From: the human T2T-CHM13v2.0 reference genome, Homo sapiens
Direction: 5' to 3' (one strand)
Length of the DNA stretch: 64,000 bases
NCBI RefSeq assembly: GCF_009914755.1
Contig: NC_060935.1
The translations under genes were made by a program, and so were the position numbers. Below are positions 56,972-64,000 of this stretch, one piece after another. The notes under the pieces were generated by a model. That model did not search any database. It saw nothing but the letters and a program-made list of their open reading frames with translations, and was not told where the DNA came from. Within the stretch, counting starts at the first letter, position 1. Every line of letters starts with the position of its first letter.

Positions 56972-57216
56972 TAAGATCCATCTTCTACTTCACAAGTTTT
57001 CTTTCAGGCCACTGTTCAATCTTCTGTTGAGAGGTTTTGGGTTTTGGTTTGGGTTTTCCTGTTTCTCTTTTTCTCATCTGCCTGTTCTCTCCAGGTGTCC
57101 TTTTTATATCTCTGTGTTTGCTAGTCCTTGTATCTCTCTGTACTTTGCAAGCCCACTTATCTTATTATCTCTTTTGGATCATTCTGTTATCTCAGAGTTT
57201 GGGAGGTGCAATGCCT

Positions 57217-57405
57217 GTCGTGTAGGTCTGCTGAGTCCCACCTGCCGCATAGGTCTGCTGGGTCCCACCTGTCACATAGATCCGCTGGCTCCCGCGTGTC
57301 ACATAGATACGCTGGCTCCCGCCTGTCACGTAGATACGCTGGCTCCCGCCTGTCACGTAGATATGCTGGCTCCCACCTGCCGCGTAGCTACGCTGCCTCC
57401 CGCCT
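57217..57405. repeat. 27-bp minisatellite, 7 copies
   Basis: Consensus approximately gtcacgtagatacgctggctcccgcct. Confidence 0.93.
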
Positions 57406-57653
57406 GTGGTGCGCAATTTCCCCTGTGGTTTGTCACCGGTTAGCTCCTCTTCATCAGAGATTGTTCCATTCTGTGGGGGTCGTTGATGTTCTGGGACATG
57501 CTAGGAACAGTTGCACCTTTTGCTTCAAGTGGTTGGTCTAGAGGTTTCCCCAATGTGACCACAGGTTTTACATTAATTTCTGGGCTTGGAGACTTCCACA
57601 CCATGGGAGACGGTGTAAGTTCACACCCAACACCGGCATGTGACGCAGGCCTG

Positions 57654-57912
57654 GAGACTCTGTCGCCCAGGCTGGAGTGCAGTGGCATGATCTTGGCTCA
57701 CTGGAACCTCTGCCTACTGGGTTCAAGTGATTCTCCTGCCTCAGCCTTCCCAGTAACTGGGATTACAGGCATCCACCACCATGCCCGGAGAATTTCTGTA
57801 TTTTTAGTGGAGACAGGGTTTTGCCATGTTGACCAGGATGGTCTCGAACTCCTGACCTCAAGTGATCCTCCCAAAGTGCTGGGATTACAGGTGTGAGCTA
57901 CCACATCTGGCT
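57654..57912 (-). mobile_element. Alu (partial)
   Basis: Alu consensus, no tail. Confidence 0.88.
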
Positions 57913-58774
57913 GAGACTTGAGTTTCCCACAGGAAATGGTTTTTCTTCTCTCCCAGAACCTAGGGCAGAAACTGAAGGATGGAGTTTTTTCCTGGCCACC
58001 TTCCCCTGAGGGAGCAGGATGTCGGTTCCAAAGTCCTGCTTGGAACGGGCCCTAGGGTCTCTCTGACCCACTGGGTGGGTCAGAGCTGCTCCCCTAACTC
58101 TTTCTAGGACCTCCTCCTCCTCCTCATACTATCGTGGCTCTGACTTGCAAATTTATTTTGGCTTTGAATTCCTTCCTGTGTTGGTGACTTGGAGGTTTAT
58201 TTCTCTATTTCAAGCTCCATGTGCATTTTAATTTTTCTGCCCTCTTATTCAGAATTTCTCTGTACAATGTGGTAGTATGGCAGACTCCATCATTCTGAGG
58301 TTTCCTGGATCCCCAAGAAAAAAAATATTGATTTTTCTTCCCATCTCTTCCATGGGAACATGGATTCTTTGAGGGGAAAAATAAAACAAAACAAAACAAA
58401 AACAAAAAAACAAAATGAAACAAAACTGTGTCCAAGCTCTCTCTGGTGCTGAGTTCCTAGCTCAGTCCGAGGCACAAACACAACATAAAGTTTGCTAGAA
58501 GAACAGTTAAATAGTGTTAGGTGATTATCAAGAGTTACTCCAAGTCTTTCCCCATCTTTAGGAAGAAAATTTTCTCAATTATTCTAAGCACGAAGATATT
58601 CTTTTATTCCCAAAATGCTTCATAGGTGGTTCTGCAATGCACGCCCTTATGACACCTGTGTGAGTGTTTTTCTTAGCATTCTAACGTGTTTCTTGAACAA
58701 CACTGTGTGGTACACCCCCCGGGATGCCTGAGATGAGGCCCTTCCTGAACTGGTGGTCCGATTGGAAGATATGA

Positions 58775-59585
58775 TGTGGAAACCATAACTCTGACATGAT
58801 ATGTGTCATAGTAAGCCACGAGTATCTTGGCCAGTGGTGAGGGGTAAAAGAATTTACCAAGGTCGGACATGGTGGCTCACGCCTGTAATCTCAGCACTTT
58901 GGGAGGCCGAGGCGGGTGGATCACCCGAGGTTGGGAGTTCAAGACCAGCCTGGCCAACATGTCAAAACCCTGTCTCTACTAAAAATACAAAAATAGCTGG
59001 GTGTGGTGGTGCATGCCTGTAATCCCAGCTACTCAGGAGGCTGAGGCAGAAGAATTGCTTGAACCCGGGAGGTGGAGGTTGCAGTGAGCCAAGATCACGG
59101 CATTGCACTCTAGCCTGGGCAGCAAGAGCAAAACCCCATCTCGAAAAAAAAAAGAAAAGAAAAAAGAAAGTAGGAAAGTACATTGTACGTTGCCAGGGAG
59201 CAGTGGGCAAAACCAGCAGGAGAGAAGCTGACTGCGAAGAGACAAAGGCTGGCTGGGGATTTTTATAGGGTGGTTGTTGGGCGAATTGATAATGCCAAGG
59301 TAGCAGTGAGCTAACCTGCATTCTTCTATCAGCTGAGGTGTTTGACAAATTGAGGCATTTGATGACCAGCAGGAAGCCTGTGAGTTCTGCACCTTATCTG
59401 CTCAGGAGGGCTGCATGTCCTGGGCCATAAAGAAAGGCAGGCCTATAACTTATCTCCTTCCTCTTTTTGTCTATATGTTCCGGACCATGAGGGAAGGCAG
59501 GTCTATAGCTTATCTGCTTCCTCTATCTCTTTGCTTTCTCCTGGTGGTGCCAGCCTGACTCCTTTTCCCTAATTAGGACTCCACA
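58775..59585 (-). mobile_element. ERV1 solo LTR (MER4 group, MER66-like) containing an Alu
   Basis: The minus strand begins tgtggagtcctaattagggaaaaggagtcaggctgg and has TG...CA termini. Confidence 0.7.
58861..59170 (+). mobile_element. Alu (AluS) inserted in the LTR
   Basis: Dimer plus A-rich tail. Confidence 0.92.
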
Positions 59586-59869
59586 ATGTGATAGGGAGCA
59601 TTGTGTTTGTCGTAGATTCATTCAAGAGGAACATGTTTGTTTGGAAGAAAATGTTATAGGACTATTTGGGAGAGGAACTAAGGCTTCAGGAAGCTTGGGA
59701 ATGAAAGGAGATGCTCTGAGGCCAGAGTGGCATTTCGCGGGTTGAGCCTGAGGGATAAGGAGGAAGGAAGAGGGTGGAACCCTTGGGAAGAGGGAGGTCA
59801 TGTGCTTCCTCACGTCGCCAGCGTGGTATCACTTTCCCAAACTGGCATGCTGCATGGTGAAGAATAAAA

Positions 59870-60395
59870 AGCACCTTGATAGAATTATACTGAGATGCTG
59901 AGAAATCCATAATCATAGAGTGATATTTAACAAACCTTTTCCAGGAATTGATAGCTGAAGCCAAAAAACAAAAAAAAAGTAAGCAAAGGTAGTAAAGTTT
60001 TAAGTAGCATAATAAAGAAATTGAACTGAATAGGTACATATTTAGAACTCTAAGCCCGAACATTTGAGAATACACACGGCACATTTAAAACAATTAACCA
60101 TTAGTAAGCCATAATGTCAGGCTCAACAAATACAAAAGCATTGATTTTATATGGACCTTGTTCTCTGACCAAGGCAGTCATTGATGGTAACACAAGCCCA
60201 GGCTTCATATATTGAGAAGCTTATAAAGCAGACTTCTAAATGATAAGTGGTCAAGTAGAGATGACAAATGAAATTATAAAATACTTGGGACTTAGTGACA
60301 GTGAAGACAGTGTGTATTACAAATTGTGGGATGTAGCTACTGCAGTACTTAGAAAGGATTATAGCTTCAAACATACACATTAGCAAAGGAGGAGA
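59870..60395 (+). mobile_element. Old L1 ORF2 (endonuclease-region) remnant
   Basis: agaactcta...gaatacac...ctcaacaaat...ttctctgacc...tgtgggatgtagct..gcagtacttaga. Confidence 0.65.
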
Positions 60396-60626
60396 TTGAA
60401 CACAGCATTAGACTCTAGAAGTCTGAACTAGAATCACAGTAAAAATATGGAATTACAATCCAATGCAATGGAGTGTGGGAGAGACGCACCCACAGTGTTA
60501 CAGAAGCACACAGGAGGTCCACCCAAACCATCCTGGAGGGGACTCTGGGGCCAGGAAGTTCTACCATGAGGATATGATGCTGAAAGGGGTTCCAAGAGGA
60601 CATGGTGATGTTAGGAAACTGACTAG

Positions 60627-61321
60627 TGTGAAAGGAAAATAAATCTTGGGACCCCAAAATCACTAAGCTGAAAAGTCAAGCTGGGAACTATCAGGCAAGC
60701 CTGCCTCCCGTTTTGTTCCTAAATAAATAGCTATAAAGATATTAAAGATACATACCTCCCTCACAATCTGCCCACAAGGAAATTCCTTGTGGGCCTCAAG
60801 GTCTTTACTCTAAAAATAGTTCTGTTGAATTTCACCTTGGCCATGTAAATTGATAGCTCATCTTCACAGGTACAGGATAGAAAGTCATCCCTGTGCTCAC
60901 CTGAGACAAATGCATATCTGTTTGCTTCTTCTGCTCTATTGTTTATGTAAAAATGCAGATTCACTGAGCTGGACTAAGGCATACATGACTATTCCTCTAC
61001 GCCTCTCTCACATGTAAGTTGTGATTTCAGTGAAAGGCTGATTAAAGACCCAAAATAATGCAGCCTTTTGTCTCTTATCTACCCATGACCTGGAATCCCC
61101 GAGTTGTCCTGCCTTTCTAGACCAAACCAATGGACATCTTACATGTATTGATTGATGTCTGCTGTCTCCCTAAAATGTCTAAAAGCAAGCTGTGCCTGAC
61201 CACCTTGGGCACCTGTTCTCAGGATCTCTTGCGGGCTGCATCATGGGCCAATGGTAACTTATATTTGGCTCGGGATAAATCTCTTCAAATGTTTTACCGA
61301 GTTTGAGTCTTTTCAGCGACA
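60627..61321 (+). mobile_element. MER4-family solo LTR
   Basis: tgtgaaaggaaaataaatcttgggaccccaaaatcactaagct...ctgaccaccttgggcac...ataaatctcttcaaat...cgaca. Confidence 0.88.
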
Positions 61322-61533
61322 CCAGGCTGACGGGGAGGATAATACAGGCAGCAAGGACTGCGTTGGCAACTGCAGTGTCTCGCAAGAACCTGGCAAGTTT
61401 TAAGAACCACAGCTGACTCAGCGGAGCTAGATTCAAGGCAGTAGATGAGGGGGTGGTATGAGATGCGGAAGTTGTGATGCTCAGGAACATAGGGTGTGTT
61501 TTTTCATCCATGACTTCTTTAGTCGTACTAAGG

Positions 61534-61859
61534 CAGGGGTCCCCACTCCCCAGGCCGTGGACAGGTAGCTGTTACCAGCTGGGCCGCACAGCGGGAGGTG
61601 AGGGGTGGGAAGGAGAGCATGACTGCCTGAGCTCTGCCTCCTGCCAGGTCTGCATTAGTCTCATAGGAGCACAAACCCTTTTGCGAACTGCGCACACGAG
61701 GGATCTAAGTTGCACGCTCCTTATGAGCATCTAACTAAAAAGCCTGATGATCTGAGGTGAAACAGCTTCATCCGGAAACACTGCCCCACCCAACCCTTCC
61801 GTGGAAAGCTTGTCTTCCACAAAACTGGGCCCTGGTGCCGAAAACGTCGGGGCCTGCTG
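61534..61859 (+). mobile_element. MER1B (hAT-Charlie)
   Basis: caggggtcccca...gagggatctaagttgcacgctccttatgag...ccctggtgcc. Perfect 8-bp TSD tactaagg. Confidence 0.9.
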
Positions 61860-62494
61860 TACTAAGGGGTGTTAGCTACATGCTGAAGGTGCCAAGAATT
61901 TCAAGCAGCACGACGTGAGCAGATGTTAGCTCTGCAGGGCGCAGGAGTCTTATATTCATTCATTCCAGAGATACTTATTGAGCACCTCTTACTGTTCTAG
62001 GCCCTAGTCACAGTTTTGAAAAGAAACATCTAGATACAGGAAGACATACCTACAGATCATTTTAACAATCCAGATGAAAAATGAGGGAGCTGATATTGGG
62101 CCAGTGGTGGTGGGGGTGGCCACTCCTTCCCTGTGGGGAGTGCACAAGGAGAATCTTGTACCTCCAAGCTCAGCAGAGTTTCCTGTTTCCTTCCTGTGTT
62201 CTGTCTTGGGCAGCAGCTGGTGGTAGGCCTGGGGCACAGGGACAGTGCAAACCTAGGGAACAATGCCCGGCTGGAAAACAACATATTGCCTGGAAGATAA
62301 ATGGACTAAGGTGTGACCTCTGAGTGTAAGGGTTGCAGAAGCATAGGTGCCCTTTGCAGATGTGGGATTCAAGCTCTCTGTCCTTCATGGGGTGTGTGGC
62401 CATCCGCACTGGAGTAGGTCTCCACTGAGTGTCTTGAGTGCTTTCAGGATTCTGAGAATCACCCAAGAGGACCAAATACGTCCACTCCTCCTGA

Positions 62495-62843
<349 letters not shown>

Positions 62844-64000
62844 TTAACTATAGTCTTATCCAGAGCTCTTATCTGCTTGCTCAAGGGGCATGGTCTTGAA
62901 TAATTTCTGGGGAAAAGGTTTCCTGTGGAATGACCCTCTTCACGTTAGAAACCTAGGAAATCAAATTATGTCCCCCCATTTCCAGTCCTGGAACAGGATA
63001 TCCAGAACCTCTTCAGTGGCCACCACTAAAAAGTGTCCTTCCCATCCTGGAAAGCTCTGAGTCACATAAATTGCTCTGTCAAATGCCTGGCCCAGAGCTC
63101 TTTGGAAGAGCTTTCCCCATTCCAAAGCCCTGAAACCGAGGGTTGACCCTGGCCGGGACTCTGTGTAAAGTGCAAGATCTCAGCAGCAGAGGAGGGAAAA
63201 GAGCGGAGGCCCAGGTCTCTCACTGGTGCCGCCAGGAAGTAAACACTCCATGGTGTAATTTGTGTGAAGAGAAAATTATCTCTAATTGGAGGGCTGGAAT
63301 AAAAATATCTCCCATCTGTAAACAAAGTAGTTGGAGCATCCTGGAGGCACAGAACTGGAGCACCAGAGTGCTGCAGGTACCCTGTGGGCCACCCCACCCA
63401 GATCGTCTCAGCCCCAACCCACAAGCAGCGGGCGCTCCGGGACCTCACCGGAAGCCAGTGAAGGCGGCATACCTGTCCCTGAGGCTCATCAGTGTCCTCA
63501 GCCCCGAGGCACAGTCCAGAAAACAGCTTCTCACCTTCTCCCCAGGCCAGGGCAAATATTCAACAAGTCAGGTGAAGAGGGTAAAAAAATGCTGGTCTGT
63601 TTTATGTCATCACAGGGATCCCTCCTGGAAGGTGACTGGGGACTGCTGTTTACTGGCTATCTCAGACATCTTTTCTCAGACACCTTTTCTTTGGTGTCTG
63701 CAGGGGCACCTGCTTCTCCACATCCTCAAAGAAAGAATTGAGGCAGACACCCTGACACAGGCAGAGTGGGTGATATTCTTCATGGGGCCTGAAGTGAGAA
63801 ATTCCCAGGAACATCAGCCCTAGGGAAGCGATTCTGTGTCAAGGGCTTTCCTTGTGTTATTGTCCACTGTTGGTTGTCCTGTTGTGTTTTAAGGTGCACC
63901 AGTAAAGAGCCCTTGGCTGATAGAGATACCACCAGGATACTTTAACTCCTGCCCTAGCATAAGGGTGTGACTCTCTTTAACTCCTGGCATGTATGATATT

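Overview
This is primate genomic DNA, most likely human or another ape, based on AluY, an ERV9 LTR12C and simian MER41/MER4 LTRs. It looks intronic or intergenic. I could not support any protein-coding exon or known RNA gene, and I could not identify the locus. The long ORFs in the track are explained by Alu, LTR12, CpG-island or tandem-repeat sequence. The window holds about 30 Alu elements, five or more LTR/MaLR elements, L1/L2/MIR remnants, hAT DNA transposons (MER20, MER1B) and many micro- and minisatellites. A central, Alu-poor, GC-rich core (about 23-47 kb) carries candidate regulatory elements: an AP-1/MARE/TEAD cluster (23.3-23.8 kb), an RFX X-box cluster with flanking splice donors (25.5-26.1 kb), possible non-coding exons (29.7-31.6 kb) and a CpG island (35.6-36.4 kb). 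The most unusual signal is an 8x10-bp repeat inside the CpG island whose phase matches a long heat-shock-element array (nTTCnnGAnn). Several local duplications also keep traces of how they formed. Repeat subfamily names are from my memory of the consensus sequences, coordinates of old repeats are approximate, and all functional claims are hypotheses.
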